Shown in pieces: positions 9,274 to 19,640 of a stretch of 54,624 bases of DNA (position 1 is its first letter; each line of letters begins with the position of its first letter). Origin of the DNA: Patescibacteria group bacterium (lineage in GTDB: Bacteria; Patescibacteriota; Minisyncoccia; Phycocordibacterales; UBA9973); the NCBI GenBank assembly GCA_040384365.1, contig JAZKJK010000014.1:1-54624 (forward strand). Reading direction: 5' to 3'. The notes below the pieces were generated by a model. The model was not told the origin of the DNA. It saw only the letters and a list, made by a program, of their open reading frames with translations, and ran no database searches. A program made the position numbers and the translations under genes.

Positions 9274-9351
9274 ATAACTATCTTATATTTTTTATAAATA
9301 ATAGCAATTATTCACTGGTATTTCCTTAAATTTTCTGCTATAATACGCTTA

Positions 9352-9987
9352 ATGATAATCACATATTTCGGCAAGCAGTTTTTCAAGATTCAGCAGGGGG
9401 AGACAGTCCTTTCTTTTAATCCCATAAGTAAACAGAGTAAAAGCTCTAAAACTGGTATGGGGGCGAAGTTTGGCGCAGATATTGCCTTAAGTACTACCAA
9501 TCATCCTGATTACAATGGCCTAGAACAGCTCTCTCACGGCGAGCGCGTGCCTTTTGCGGTGACTGGCCCCGGCGATTATGAAGTCAAAGAGATTTTTATT
9601 AAAGGAGTGCTCTCAGATACGACTATTGCGGGCAAAAAATATATCAATACTATTTATGCATTTTTGATGGATAATATTAATATTGTATTTTTGGGAGCGC
9701 TTTCAAATGGAGAGCTACCAAAGGAATCCTTGGAGGCCATCAATAATTCTGATATTCTTTTTGTGCCGATTGGGGGAGGTGACTTGCTTGATTCTAAAAC
9801 TTCTGCCAAGCTTGTATCATCGCTCGAGCCCAAGCTGGTCATTCCCATGGATTATGATGACAAGAGCCTCAAGGCTTTCCTAAAGGAGCTCGGGGAAGAA
9901 AAGGCGGAAGTAGTAGACAAGTTGACCCTTAAATTAAAAGATCTAGAAGGCAAAGAAGGAGAAGTCGTGGTTCTAAAAAGTTCGTAA
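9352..9987 (+). CDS. MBL-fold metallo-hydrolase-like protein (degenerate metal site)
   Basis: MIITYFG, ADIALST..HPDYN, GPGDYEV, DILFVPIGG, LEPKLVIPM. Confidence 0.75.
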   Translation: MIITYFGKQFFKIQQGETVLSFNPISKQSKSSKTGMGAKFGADIALSTTNHPDYNGLEQLSHGERVPFAVTGPGDYEVKEIFIKGVLSDTTIAGKKYINTIYAFLMDNINIVFLGALSNGELPKESLEAINNSDILFVPIGGGDLLDSKTSAKLVSSLEPKLVIPMDYDDKSLKAFLKELGEEKAEVVDKLTLKLKDLEGKEGEVVVLKSS

Positions 9988-10008
9988 AGTTATAAAGTTC
10001 ATAAAGTA
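9977..10008. repeat. Short tandem repeat of (AAAGTT-n2-3) units
   Basis: AAAGTTCGT AAAGTTAT AAAGTTCAT AAAGTA; 9986-10008 is identical to 18028-18050. Confidence 0.7.
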
Positions 10009-10009
10009 T

Positions 10010-10258
10010 ATGCGAAAAATAATTCACAATTTGAGGAATCAGCCCGAGCAAGTCAAAATGCACATTTTGCATGTAGCGACCATTGTGGCTGGGATTATTT
10101 TGATCCTGCTCTGGATTTATTCTCTAGGAACAAATTTGAGTAATCCTAATACACAAGCAAAAGTAAGTAATGATTTAAAACCATTTTCCGTATTAAAAGA
10201 TAATATAATCAGTGGATATCAAAGTATTTCAGGGACGAATACGGATACAGAGCAATAA
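10010..10258 (+). CDS. Small single-TM hypothetical protein
   Basis: One hydrophobic helix; immediately upstream of gyrA. Confidence 0.7.
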   Translation: MRKIIHNLRNQPEQVKMHILHVATIVAGIILILLWIYSLGTNLSNPNTQAKVSNDLKPFSVLKDNIISGYQSISGTNTDTEQ

Positions 10259-10261
10259 TTT

Positions 10262-12736
10262 ATGGCCAAGAAAGATTTAGAAAAAAAAGATGGTGGCAAT
10301 GACAAGCCAATCAATATAGATAAAATTCTGCCGGTTGATGTCGTGACTGAAATGAAGGAGTCTTATTTGGCGTACGCTATGTCCGTCATCACTTCGCGTG
10401 CACTACCAGATGTGCGAGATGGATTGAAGCCCGTGCACAGGAGAATACTTTTTGCCATGCATGAAATGGGGCTCACCTCCTCGGCCCGTTTTCGAAAGTC
10501 AGCGGCAGTTGTCGGAGATGTACTTGGAAAATATCATCCACACGGAGATGTCGCGGTCTATGACTCGATGGTGGGTATGGCTCAGGAATTTTCTTACCGT
10601 TATCCATTTATTTTAGGCCAAGGTAACTTTGGTTCGATAGATGGAGACAATGCGGCGGCTATGCGTTACACCGAAGCCAAAATGTCCAAGATCTCCGGCG
10701 AGCTTTTGCGAGATTTAGAAAAAGAAACAGTGGATTTTCGTCCAAACTATGACCAGACTCGCAAGGAGCCGATAGTTTTTCCTGCCTCTGTGCCAGCATT
10801 ACTCTTGAACGGTACCCTCGGTATCGCCGTCGGTATGGCCACAAATATTCCGCCGCACAATCTCGCCGAAGTTTTAGATGCGACGACACATCTGATCGAA
10901 AATGAAGATGCGACGACTGAGGACTTGATGCAATTCATCAAAGGGCCGGACTTTCCGACTGGCGGCATAGCTTATGGATATAAAGATATGTTGCACGCGT
11001 ATTCAGGCGGCCGGGGTGGAGTCGTCTGTCGCGGTGAAGCGGAGATAGTGGAACAAAAAGATGGGAATTTCTCTATTATTATAACTTCAATTCCTTTTCG
11101 AGTTAACAAATCAAATTTGATAATGGCGATAGCTGAGCTCGTGCAAGAAAAAAAGCTTGAAGGCATCAAAGGACTACGCGATGAATCCACCAAGGACATC
11201 CGAATCGTGATTGATTTAAAATCTAGCGCGCATCCAGAAAAAGTTTTGAATTATATTTATAAAAATACTCAACTCGAATCGAATTTCAACTTTAACATCG
11301 TGGCCTTGGTAGATGGAGTGCCACAAACCCTTTCCCTCAAGTCAATTCTGGAGCAATTTGTTTTACACAGAAAGGAAATAGTAAAGAGAAGAAGCGCATA
11401 TGATCTACGCAGAGCTGAGGAACGCGAGCATATCTTGCTGGGCTTAAAAAAAGCGCTAGACAAGATAGATCGGGTGATCAGCGTCATTCGCGCTTCTAAA
11501 AATTCTCAAATCGCCAAGTTTAACTTGATGAAAGAATTCAAGTTTTCCGATCTGCAGGCTATGGCTATTCTCGAAATGAAGCTGTCTAAATTGGCCGGAC
11601 TTGAGAGGCAGGCCGTGGAAGACGAACTCAAGGAAAAGCAGAAATTTATCGCTGAGATGAAAGATTTGCTGGCTAGCCCGAAGAAAATTCTAAAAACTAT
11701 TGCTGGAGAATTAGCAGAAATACGTACAAAATATACAGATGAACGCCGTACTAAAATAGTGAAGGGGGGAGTCAAGGAAATTTCTGATGAAGATTTGGTG
11801 CCGGAGAAAGAAACCATGCTGGTACTCACTGCTGGCGGATATGTAAAATGCACCGATCCTTCGGAATATCGCGCTCAAAAGAGAGGCGGAGTCGGGGTGA
11901 TTGATTTAGAAACCAAAGAGGAAGATTTCGTTACCATGCTCGTTTCTGGTTCGACTCACAGCAACCTGCTTTTCTTCACCAACTTGGGCAAAGTTTATCA
12001 AATGAAAATGTACGATATCCCAGAAGCTCGCCGAGCTACCCGCGGTAAGTCGATTATGAATTTTCTATCTCTGTCGGCTGAAGAGAAGGTAAATTCTATT
12101 TTGGCAATGCCGAAAGATATAGATAAATCTCCAACTTCACTTATGCTCGTGACAAAGAATGGTACAGCCAAGAAAATGTCTTCCGAGAGCTTCAAAGATG
12201 TTCGCCGAAGTGGCATCATCGCTATTCGCTTGGATAAAGATGATCAACTCATCTCGGCTCTAGTAACGGAAAAAAATGATGAAGTCATGATTGCGACCGC
12301 CGAAGGTCAGTCTATCAGGTTCAAAGAGTCTGACATTAGAGAGATGGGCCGAACAGCTGGCGGTGTGCGTGGAATAAAATTGGGCAAAGATGATGCGGTC
12401 ATTGGTGTGGATGTAGTCAGGAAAAATGGTGAGAAGGGCGCTTTTTTGACCATGAGCGCGAATGGTTTCGGCAAGAAAACTGACTTAAAAGAATACAAAG
12501 TTCAAAATCGCGGTGGATCCGGCATCAAAACCGCTAAAGTTACTTCAAAGACAGGAAAATTAATTGTGGCCAAAGTTTTAACTGGCGAAGAAGCTGAGCT
12601 TATTGCCATGTCTAAAAAAGGACAAGTCATCCGCACCGCGCTCAAAGACATCTCATCTCTCGGGCGTCAGACTCAAGGCGTGACCATCATGCGCCTCCGT
12701 GGAGGTGACGGCATCGCCTCACTCGCTTGTATCTAA
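10262..12736 (+). CDS. gyrA: DNA gyrase subunit A
   Basis: [22 protein letters not shown], catalytic AAMRYTE, GyrA-box QKRGGVG and C-terminal pinwheel repeats. Confidence 0.98.
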   Translation: MAKKDLEKKDGGNDKPINIDKILPVDVVTEMKESYLAYAMSVITSRALPDVRDGLKPVHRRILFAMHEMGLTSSARFRKSAAVVGDVLGKYHPHGDVAVYDSMVGMAQEFSYRYPFILGQGNFGSIDGDNAAAMRYTEAKMSKISGELLRDLEKETVDFRPNYDQTRKEPIVFPASVPALLLNGTLGIAVGMATNIPPHNLAEVLDATTHLIENEDATTEDLMQFIKGPDFPTGGIAYGYKDMLHAYSGGRGGVVCRGEAEIVEQKDGNFSIIITSIPFRVNKSNLIMAIAELVQEKKLEGIKGLRDESTKDIRIVIDLKSSAHPEKVLNYIYKNTQLESNFNFNIVALVDGVPQTLSLKSILEQFVLHRKEIVKRRSAYDLRRAEEREHILLGLKKALDKIDRVISVIRASKNSQIAKFNLMKEFKFSDLQAMAILEMKLSKLAGLERQAVEDELKEKQKFIAEMKDLLASPKKILKTIAGELAEIRTKYTDERRTKIVKGGVKEISDEDLVPEKETMLVLTAGGYVKCTDPSEYRAQKRGGVGVIDLETKEEDFVTMLVSGSTHSNLLFFTNLGKVYQMKMYDIPEARRATRGKSIMNFLSLSAEEKVNSILAMPKDIDKSPTSLMLVTKNGTAKKMSSESFKDVRRSGIIAIRLDKDDQLISALVTEKNDEVMIATAEGQSIRFKESDIREMGRTAGGVRGIKLGKDDAVIGVDVVRKNGEKGAFLTMSANGFGKKTDLKEYKVQNRGGSGIKTAKVTSKTGKLIVAKVLTGEEAELIAMSKKGQVIRTALKDISSLGRQTQGVTIMRLRGGDGIASLACI

Positions 12737-12738
12737 AC

Positions 12739-13399
12739 ATGTCAAAGTGTCTCTTTGACATCATAAATTAGTGTTTGTTTTACAAAGTTTTTAACATCAC
12801 CGAAAGTTTCAAGTAAAAGCTCCTTATCTACTATCGGTAGATTTCTTTTTTCTGTATAGTCATTATAACTGCTCCATTTATATTCGCTTGGATCTTTTAC
12901 CAATTTATCTTTTACTGCATTCATATGAATATAAGATGATACCCACATCAACTGTGAGTTATTATCGATAAGTACAGCTTTGAAACAATCTTGAAAAGCA
13001 TGTCCTTCACGATTGTATTTATTGTTTATATATTTAGAATAACTTGAGCAGACTTTTGAGATTAGTTTTGAAATTGATGTATCGCTACATTGCTCGATTA
13101 GTAAATGAAAATGATTTGGCATAAGGCAGAAAGCATTGATTTTGAATTTATTTTTTCCTTCTGATTCAATCCTGATTCTAGAATAGGGCATACTCAATAA
13201 ATTTTCGTTTCTCAATTCTTTTTGATCAAACCCCAGAGCTAAAGCGAGTCTAAAAAGAAAAGCTTTATAATCTTGCTCGTCAAAAAATATTTTTCCTCTA
13301 TGATTACCTCTATTATAAATATGGGCAATTGAACCTCTATTAAATTTTTTGTAATCCCTATTATTCATCTATCCATTATGTCAAAGTGTCTCTTTGACA
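12739..13399 (-). mobile_element. RAYT/IS200-like unit bounded by two identical 22-nt hairpins in direct orientation
   Basis: ATGTCAAAGTGTCTCTTTGACA at 12739-12760 and 13378-13399 flanks the transposase gene. Confidence 0.75.
12742..13368 (-). CDS. REP-associated tyrosine transposase (RAYT, Y1 HUH family)
   Basis: HIYNRG, FCLMPNHFHLL (HUH), YIHMNAVK (catalytic Tyr region), YKWSSY. Confidence 0.9.
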   Translation of the reverse strand: MNNRDYKKFNRGSIAHIYNRGNHRGKIFFDEQDYKAFLFRLALALGFDQKELRNENLLSMPYSRIRIESEGKNKFKINAFCLMPNHFHLLIEQCSDTSISKLISKVCSSYSKYINNKYNREGHAFQDCFKAVLIDNNSQLMWVSSYIHMNAVKDKLVKDPSEYKWSSYNDYTEKRNLPIVDKELLLETFGDVKNFVKQTLIYDVKETL

Positions 13400-13459
13400 G
13401 CAAGGGTTTTTGTTAATAACTTCAATGCAAACTAGGTTTTTTAATACTATAATGTATAA

Positions 13460-13975
13460 ATGTTCACTGACCCCATAAAAAATTTAAAAGCTTTGGGACT
13501 GAGGGAAAATAATATTGTGGCGGATTTAGGAGCAGGCACTGGATTCTATTCTGTGGCCGCGGGTCACCTCGTGCGCAGCGGTAAAGTCTACGCAGTGGAA
13601 ATAGTCAAAGATTTTTTGGTGACTATCAAAAATAAAGTCAAAGAAGCACGACTACACAATGTAGAAATACTCTGGGGCAATATTGAAAAACTCGGTGGGA
13701 CGGGAATAGGGGATAATATCATTGATGCAGTTATAGCTTCCAATGTCCTCTTTCAAGTCGGCGACAAAGAGAATTTTATTCTTGAAATAAAAAGAATATT
13801 AAAATCCAAGGGTAGGGTGTTGTTAATCGATTGGTCAGCGCCATCGATCATGGGCGCAAAATCCATCATCCCTAAAAACAAAGCTCGCGAGATGTTTGAG
13901 AAAAAAGGTTTTATCCTGGAGCGAGAGATTGATGCAGGCGGGCATCATTATGGTATGATATTAATCAAGGTTTAG
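13460..13975 (+). CDS. Class I SAM-dependent methyltransferase
   Basis: VADLGAGTG, VYAVE, EIKRILKSKGRVLLIDW. Confidence 0.9.
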   Translation: MFTDPIKNLKALGLRENNIVADLGAGTGFYSVAAGHLVRSGKVYAVEIVKDFLVTIKNKVKEARLHNVEILWGNIEKLGGTGIGDNIIDAVIASNVLFQVGDKENFILEIKRILKSKGRVLLIDWSAPSIMGAKSIIPKNKAREMFEKKGFILEREIDAGGHHYGMILIKV

Positions 13976-13978
13976 AAC

Positions 13979-15274
13979 ATGAAAGGAAATTTTCAAATTA
14001 TAATTATAGTTGTATTTATTGCCCTAGCCGTTTTAGGTGTTCTAGTTTTTTCTGGAGCCATACCGATCGGGGGTGATCAAAGCGCCGGAGGTCAGGGCAC
14101 GGTGGTTTTGTGGGGGACAGTGAGCCAGGGGGCAATGTTCCCACTCATAGAGGAATTCAATAATGCCAATCCGACTTTTATTTTGAAGTATGTACAAAAA
14201 TCGCAAGATACCTTCGATCAAGACCTTTTGGAAGCATTGGCCGAGGGGACAGGACCTGATATGTTTCTGTTGCCTGACACTCTAGCTTTTCACTATGCTA
14301 ATAAAATTTTTACTATTCCATATAGCAATTATTCTCTATCTAAATTCAAGAATAATTTTGCCGGCGCCGGCGAGGTATTTCTGACTTCAAATGGTGTTCT
14401 GGCTTTTCCGTTATCGATTGACCCATTAATGATGTATTACAATCGAAGTATGCTGGACGCCAATGGAGTCGTGTCGCCGCCAGCTTTTTGGGATGATTTG
14501 TCTGCCATTGCTTCAACTTTGACCAAAAAAGACAGTTCCAATAAAATAACAAAGAGCGCGGTGGCCTTGGGGCAATTCTCGAATGTTGTCCATGCCAAAG
14601 ACATCCTAACGACTCTCTTTATGCAGGCGGGAAGCAAGATAGTGAGTGAAAAGGGCGGGACCTTTAGCTCTAGTTTAAACGATAACAACAATCCCGCACA
14701 CAGCCTCGCATCCATTTTAAAGTTCTACACTGACTTTGCCAATCCAAGTCGCGATGTGTATTCTTGGAATAAGTCTTTTCCAAATTCAGATGACGCTTTC
14801 TCCGCTGAAAATCTAACATTTTATTTTGGATTTGCTGGAGAGCTCTCATCACTCATCAATAGGAATCCAAATCAAAACTTGGGAGTGGCGCCTATACCCG
14901 AGATCAAGGGTTCTAATTTCAAATTAACCGGCGCGCATGTCATGGGGGTAGCGATATTGTCTTCTTCAAAAAATTTCAATACGGCCTTTACCGCAGCTGG
15001 GCTATTGTCTAGTGGGAACTTTGCTTCTAGATTTGCTACGGCGACAGGCGTGGCTCCAGCGCGTCGAGACTTGCTCAAGACCAAACCAGTGGATGCATAC
15101 TCTTCATTCTTTTATGATTCCGCGCTTTATGCAAAGAGTTGGCTAGACCCATCGGAACCCGACACAAACAATATTTTCCGCAATATGGTCGAAAGTGTGC
15201 TGTCTAACAACATGACTGTAGAAAACGCTATATCAGATGCAAATAGCAAGCTCGGTCTTTTATTATTAAAATAA
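13979..15274 (+). CDS. Membrane-anchored extracellular solute-binding protein (family 1, sugar-binding type)
   Basis: N-terminal TM, ALAEGTGPDMF, PLSIDPLMMYYNRSML; no adjacent ABC permease or ATPase. Confidence 0.8.
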   Translation: MKGNFQIIIIVVFIALAVLGVLVFSGAIPIGGDQSAGGQGTVVLWGTVSQGAMFPLIEEFNNANPTFILKYVQKSQDTFDQDLLEALAEGTGPDMFLLPDTLAFHYANKIFTIPYSNYSLSKFKNNFAGAGEVFLTSNGVLAFPLSIDPLMMYYNRSMLDANGVVSPPAFWDDLSAIASTLTKKDSSNKITKSAVALGQFSNVVHAKDILTTLFMQAGSKIVSEKGGTFSSSLNDNNNPAHSLASILKFYTDFANPSRDVYSWNKSFPNSDDAFSAENLTFYFGFAGELSSLINRNPNQNLGVAPIPEIKGSNFKLTGAHVMGVAILSSSKNFNTAFTAAGLLSSGNFASRFATATGVAPARRDLLKTKPVDAYSSFFYDSALYAKSWLDPSEPDTNNIFRNMVESVLSNNMTVENAISDANSKLGLLLLK

Positions 15275-15276
15275 AT

Positions 15277-16239
15277 TTGATGATCAAAAAAAGTAAAATT
15301 TTAATCTCTCTCTCAATATTTCTAATGCTTGCCACCTCTTCATTTTCCTTTGCGCAAGATGCAATAAGGATTGTCGCTGGTTCGGTGTCAGGAGATGGCC
15401 TTGATCTCCTCACTGTATATATTTCAAACAGTAATCCGAGAAGTTTGGAACTTGTCGCAAAATATGGCGAGGATTATAGTTTTGAGCTGACAAGTAACAC
15501 AATTTCTTTTAATGATGCGGGTCGTGGCACAGCTACACTATCCACTATCAGCAGATCTGGGGAAACTTTTCAATACCGACTCGTCGACAAGAAGGGAGTC
15601 TTGCTCCCAAGTGAAATATATTCATTTACTTCCGTTCCTGTTCCTAATTCTTCTGGTGGATATTCAGACTACAGATCTTATCCAGTTTCCAATACCTCAA
15701 CTAACCCAAATAGTCCTAGCTATACCACCTCCTCTACCCCCATTCCTAAGGATCCAAATACTTCGACTACCACTAGCAACTCCAATTCCACAACTACTTC
15801 TGCCAATCCCAATGCTGTTACTTTAGGAGGGAATTCACCATCTTTACCACCTAGTAGCGCATCTAGCTCTGCCTCTACTTCAAATTCAACTTCTAATAAC
15901 ACGAATGATGGTAAAGGCTTAGTTCCTTGTGACAATACGCCAGATGATAAGGGTGTCATAGCTAAACCTTGTGACTTTAATGCATTTATGAAACTCATAA
16001 ATACAGTCATTCATTTTGTGCTTTTTAGTTTAGCTATTCCCATTGCCGCCATCATGTTCTTCTATGCTGGTTTTCTGATGGTCACTTCTGGGGGTAGCGC
16101 CGAGGCTAAGAGTAAGGCGAAAAATATATTTTCTAATGCTGTCTATGGTCTCGTCATTGCCGCAGGCGCTTGGCTCATTATCAGGACTATACTATCCATA
16201 TTGGGCTATAACGGCTCTTGGATAGGTTTTACTATATAG
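15277..16239 (+). CDS. Pilin-domain protein (VirB2/TrbC-like C-terminus) with N-terminal domain and Ser/Thr/Asn/Pro linker
   Basis: Signal peptide, GLVPC...C pair, then TM-YAGFLMVTSGG..KSKAK..NAVYGL-TM. Confidence 0.75.
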   Translation: MMIKKSKILISLSIFLMLATSSFSFAQDAIRIVAGSVSGDGLDLLTVYISNSNPRSLELVAKYGEDYSFELTSNTISFNDAGRGTATLSTISRSGETFQYRLVDKKGVLLPSEIYSFTSVPVPNSSGGYSDYRSYPVSNTSTNPNSPSYTTSSTPIPKDPNTSTTTSNSNSTTTSANPNAVTLGGNSPSLPPSSASSSASTSNSTSNNTNDGKGLVPCDNTPDDKGVIAKPCDFNAFMKLINTVIHFVLFSLAIPIAAIMFFYAGFLMVTSGGSAEAKSKAKNIFSNAVYGLVIAAGAWLIIRTILSILGYNGSWIGFTI

Positions 16240-16253
16240 TGTATAATTAAAGA

Positions 16254-16619
16254 ATGAAATTTATTAAGAAAAATTGGTGCAAGTTAGTTTCATTATCTTA
16301 TATTTTTACGGCGAATATTTCTGTGGTTTACGCCGATGTTAGTGATTCTTGTCCTGTTGGTACGATTTGTAATCCAATAAAAGCTGCTAGCATCCAAGGT
16401 TTCATCAAAACTCTTTTAGAAGGTGTACTTAAAATAGGCATACCGGTGGTCGCACTCGCTATCATTTACTGCGGATTCCTATTCGTGGCGGCTCGGGGTA
16501 ACACGGAGAAATTAACCAAGGCCAAAGACGCCCTCCTGTATACTCTGATCGGTGCGGGGATACTTTTAGGGTCGTGGGCTATAGCCACTATGATATCAGC
16601 TACAGTGACTGCATTATAA
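16254..16619 (+). CDS. VirB2/TrbC-like pilin
   Basis: Signal peptide, C..CNP, IIYCGFLFVAARGNTEKLTKAKDALLYTLIG. Confidence 0.8.
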   Translation: MKFIKKNWCKLVSLSYIFTANISVVYADVSDSCPVGTICNPIKAASIQGFIKTLLEGVLKIGIPVVALAIIYCGFLFVAARGNTEKLTKAKDALLYTLIGAGILLGSWAIATMISATVTAL

Positions 16620-16632
16620 ATTAACTTAATTT

Positions 16633-16659
16633 ATGACCCTTCGACAAGCTCAGGGTCAT
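16633..16659. repeat. REP-like hairpin
   Basis: ATGACCCT-TCGACAAGCTC-AGGGTCAT; a related copy lies inside fmt (42703-42726). Confidence 0.7.
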
Positions 16660-16676
16660 GGTGATAAAATAGAACC

Positions 16677-17162
16677 ATGAAAATCAAAAAATACACAATA
16701 GATATTTTAATACTGACAATGCTTATAGGTATATTTGTCCCAATACTCGGAGTACGGGCATCCCCTCAAAATCCGAATGAACCATGTACTTATTTTAATT
16801 CGTTGAATCCAGACAATTCACCATGTCAGGCGGGCTCGCAGGATAGTGGAGATCAGGGTTCCCTCGTGTGCCGATTGGATCCAAATCCAAAACTGCAAAA
16901 TGTTTTAGTTTATGGTAGTTGTATTATCAATACTGCAGTCATTCCGCTCATTTTTGCTTTAGCCATAGCTATGTTTGTCTGGGGTGTCGTCCAGTATGTC
17001 ATAAATAGCGATGAAGAAGCCAAGAAGGAGAAAGGCAAGCAATTCATGATATGGGGGATAATAGCTCTGACTGTGATGGTCTCAGTCTGGGGGTTGGTGT
17101 CTATATTGGGTGGCACTTTTGGTATCAATACTCACTTTATTCCACAGGTGAAGGCGCCATAG
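16677..17162 (+). CDS. VirB2/TrbC-like pilin
   Basis: FVWGVVQYV...EEAKKEKGKQFMIWGIIALTVMVSVWGLV two-TM hairpin; Cys-rich N-terminal part. Confidence 0.8.
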   Translation: MKIKKYTIDILILTMLIGIFVPILGVRASPQNPNEPCTYFNSLNPDNSPCQAGSQDSGDQGSLVCRLDPNPKLQNVLVYGSCIINTAVIPLIFALAIAMFVWGVVQYVINSDEEAKKEKGKQFMIWGIIALTVMVSVWGLVSILGGTFGINTHFIPQVKAP

Positions 17163-17255
17163 TGTTGCTTTTGTTTTTATTGTGCTTGTAGTACAATAGG
17201 GGTATATTATTAAGTTTATTATTACAAGGTCGCGATTATTAGAAATATTTTTATT

Positions 17256-17645
17256 ATGAAAAAGAAATTAATTGTTTTGTCAGGTTTTGCTTTAGGTTTT
17301 GCTCCATTCGTAGCATTGGCGCAAGCTCAAACTGGTGGTACACCTAGAGTATGTAATGCAAGCACAATCACAGATATACAAAGTGTATTATGTAAAATTG
17401 CGGAGATTTTAAGCGCCATCCTTCCTGTTTTGGTTGCCTTAGGAGTAGTTTACTTTGTTTGGGGAGTTATCTCTTATGTTGTCGGGGGCGATGAAGAGGC
17501 AAAAAAGAAGGGAAGAGAAAAGATCATATATGGAATCATTGGATTGGCTGTTATCTTGAGCGTCTGGGGACTTGTGAGGATTTTAACAAACACCTTTGGG
17601 CTGACTAATCGACAACAGATTACTCTACCGACGGCACCTTATTAA
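17256..17645 (+). CDS. VirB2/TrbC-like pilin
   Basis: Signal peptide ending ALA; FVWGVISYV..DEEAKKKGREKIIYGIIGL...VWGLV. Confidence 0.8.
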   Translation: MKKKLIVLSGFALGFAPFVALAQAQTGGTPRVCNASTITDIQSVLCKIAEILSAILPVLVALGVVYFVWGVISYVVGGDEEAKKKGREKIIYGIIGLAVILSVWGLVRILTNTFGLTNRQQITLPTAPY

Positions 17646-17684
17646 GGCTGGTTATAAAGTAGAAAGTCAAATACAAATTAGAAC

Positions 17685-18020
17685 ATGAATTTTTTCTCTA
17701 CCAAAGTAGCCTTTGCGGCGAGTGCAAACCTAAATCAATTTATAGGAAATGTGGATAGGATGATCATAAACCCGCTCATCAGTCTACTCTTTGCTTTGGC
17801 GCTAGCCTATTTCCTTTACGGGATGTTTGAGTTCATCGCTAACGGGGCCAATGACGAGAAAAAAACAATTGGGAAAAGTCATATGTTGTGGGGTGTCGTC
17901 GGACTGACCATCATGATGGGAGTCTGGGCTATTCTTGGTGTTATTTTAAGCACATTTAATATACCAAAGGATCAAATAAATCCAGAACAGGGAACAGTCA
18001 CGCTACCTCCTAGTCCATAA
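17685..18020 (+). CDS. VirB2/TrbC-like pilin
   Basis: FLYGMFEFI...DEKKTIGKSHMLWGVVGLTIMMGVWAIL. Confidence 0.8.
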   Translation: MNFFSTKVAFAASANLNQFIGNVDRMIINPLISLLFALALAYFLYGMFEFIANGANDEKKTIGKSHMLWGVVGLTIMMGVWAILGVILSTFNIPKDQINPEQGTVTLPPSP

Positions 18021-18027
18021 GTAGTTG

Positions 18028-18057
18028 AAAGTTATAAAGTTCATAAAGTAAAAAGTT
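18028..18057. repeat. Short tandem repeat of (AAAGTT) units
   Basis: AAAGTTAT AAAGTTCAT AAAGTA A AAAGTT; same family as 9977-10008. Confidence 0.7.
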
Positions 18058-18062
18058 AAAAG

Positions 18063-18106
18063 AAAAAAGGCGGTCGTTCGTGCTAGGAACGGATCCGCCT
18101 TTTTTT
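18063..18106. terminator. Bidirectional intrinsic terminator
   Basis: AAAAAAGGCGG...CCGCCTTTTTTT between convergent genes. Confidence 0.75.
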
Positions 18107-18162
18107 GATTCTGCATGCGTGGCCAGCGCGATTTTGGGCCGATTACCTTTCTGATGGAATTG

Positions 18163-18609
18163 TTATTCCCATCTGTTTAGGATTTCTACCTTTCTTTCGG
18201 AACCTTTCGGGTCCGCCATAAAGATATAAATCCCATCTTGTTCGTCGAACTTAACTTCCACCCCAGGTTGGTCGCTCACGACTTCACCCGAGGGAAGGGT
18301 TATAGAGACTGGTCCACCTTTAGGCCACTCCTTGAACCCCTTGTATAACTTTACTGCCAATCCATTTGCGGGGACTGTCAGCGTCCGAAACGTCCACGGC
18401 TTTTCAGCGGGGACGGTGTGAGTTGCTGGTGCGGAAGCGGTGGCAGTTTGCTTTCTTGCCTCCTTGTCCGCCTCGGCTTTTTTGCTGCAACCTCGTACTC
18501 CTCCTGCAATAGCAAGGAGCAATAAGATTGTGCCAAGGATCATCCAAGTCCAACCTGGAGCAGGCTGGGCCGAATTTTCCTCCTTTTTTGTCTCGTGGGT
18601 GGTGTTCAT
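18163..18609 (-). CDS. Hypothetical single-TM protein
   Basis: TM followed by RGC and an Ala/Thr linker; start overlaps the upstream stop (ATGA) with an AGGAG SD. Confidence 0.7.
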   Translation of the reverse strand: MNTTHETKKEENSAQPAPGWTWMILGTILLLLAIAGGVRGCSKKAEADKEARKQTATASAPATHTVPAEKPWTFRTLTVPANGLAVKLYKGFKEWPKGGPVSITLPSGEVVSDQPGVEVKFDEQDGIYIFMADPKGSERKVEILNRWE

Positions 18610-19640
18610 GGTCTCCTCCCAAAGATGGCCGCAATTATCTGGGCCGTCGGTTGATCAAACGCGATCGTATTTGCGTTGATTGTTTTCGTCGTTTTACCAA
18701 TGGAGAGTTGGACTTGCTCCAGGGCTTGCTCACGAGTTAGCCCAGCTCCAGTGGGTAGTGGTGCCATAAGTGCCTTAACACGCTCGATGAAGTGTTCGAG
18801 CTCTACGATTTCTGCTTTGCGCTCCTGCACCTCTTTTGCTTCTTCTTCAGCCTTTTTCCCAACCTCACCGAGGACGTCTATGTCCCCGAGGTTTAGGCGT
18901 TCAAGCATGACACCAAGGTCATCCAGAGCGATTTTTCCCGTGCCAGTGCGTAGGGCCTCTATTTCCTCACGTCTTTTTTTGACGGCGGTCTTGAGACTCT
19001 CTGTTTTTTCAGGTCCGATTTTATCCAATTCTTCTCGGACTCTTTGCCAGTTATTGTCTGTCCACCACTTTTCGATTATGGTGAATTGTCTTGGCTGGGG
19101 TTGCGCGAAATATCGCAACCAAATCCAGGTCGGCACCTGCTGAGCGTAGTCCGGGATTTCGGTCAGCGAATTTCTGGCAAGTTTCTTCACCAACACACTG
19201 ACTGCTTCCAAGTGTGCTTGGTTTAATTCCTCCCAGTTCGCCGGACCTTCTTCGGGACCTGCTGCCCACTCGCGGATTCTCTCCTGTATTTTTCCCGCGA
19301 GTTGATGTTTGACTCCGTTTTCTTGACCGCTGTCAATGTAATTGCTCAGCAGTGTTGGACGGAATGTAATAGTTACTGGGACTCGCGATTCCGCGCGATC
19401 CGGTGTTCTCGTCTTTTCGGACACAACCTCAAAGGTGACACGTTCCACCTTAACAAGGATGAACCCTGACAAGTAAGGAAATATGGGGTACCACCCCCAT
19501 CCTTCGTTGTAAACTTTGCCAGGGACTCTTTCTCCCAGCCAAGTTGCCTGTCCCTTGTGAGGGGGGCTGGCTTGAATTTGTCTGAGTCCTTGGAGGAAAA
19601 GCCCCCCAAGAATACCGACGATGATGATTATCATTGTCAT
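18606..19640 (-). CDS. SPFH/band-7-like membrane protein with internal insertion
   Basis: N-terminal TM, GERV..VYNEGWGW..P, TPD...VTITF, LGVMLERLNLGDI and an EA-rich coiled coil. Confidence 0.6.
   Translation of the reverse strand: MTMIIIIVGILGGLFLQGLRQIQASPPHKGQATWLGERVPGKVYNEGWGWYPIFPYLSGFILVKVERVTFEVVSEKTRTPDRAESRVPVTITFRPTLLSNYIDSGQENGVKHQLAGKIQERIREWAAGPEEGPANWEELNQAHLEAVSVLVKKLARNSLTEIPDYAQQVPTWIWLRYFAQPQPRQFTIIEKWWTDNNWQRVREELDKIGPEKTESLKTAVKKRREEIEALRTGTGKIALDDLGVMLERLNLGDIDVLGEVGKKAEEEAKEVQERKAEIVELEHFIERVKALMAPLPTGAGLTREQALEQVQLSIGKTTKTINANTIAFDQPTAQIIAAIFGRRP

Noticed and set aside
15690-15905. Ser/Thr/Asn-rich repeats in the long pilin, the Thr-rich tract in the gene at 19880 and the GAT-rich tract at 31650-31730
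   Set aside because: Ordinary low-complexity protein linkers, not DNA-level elements.
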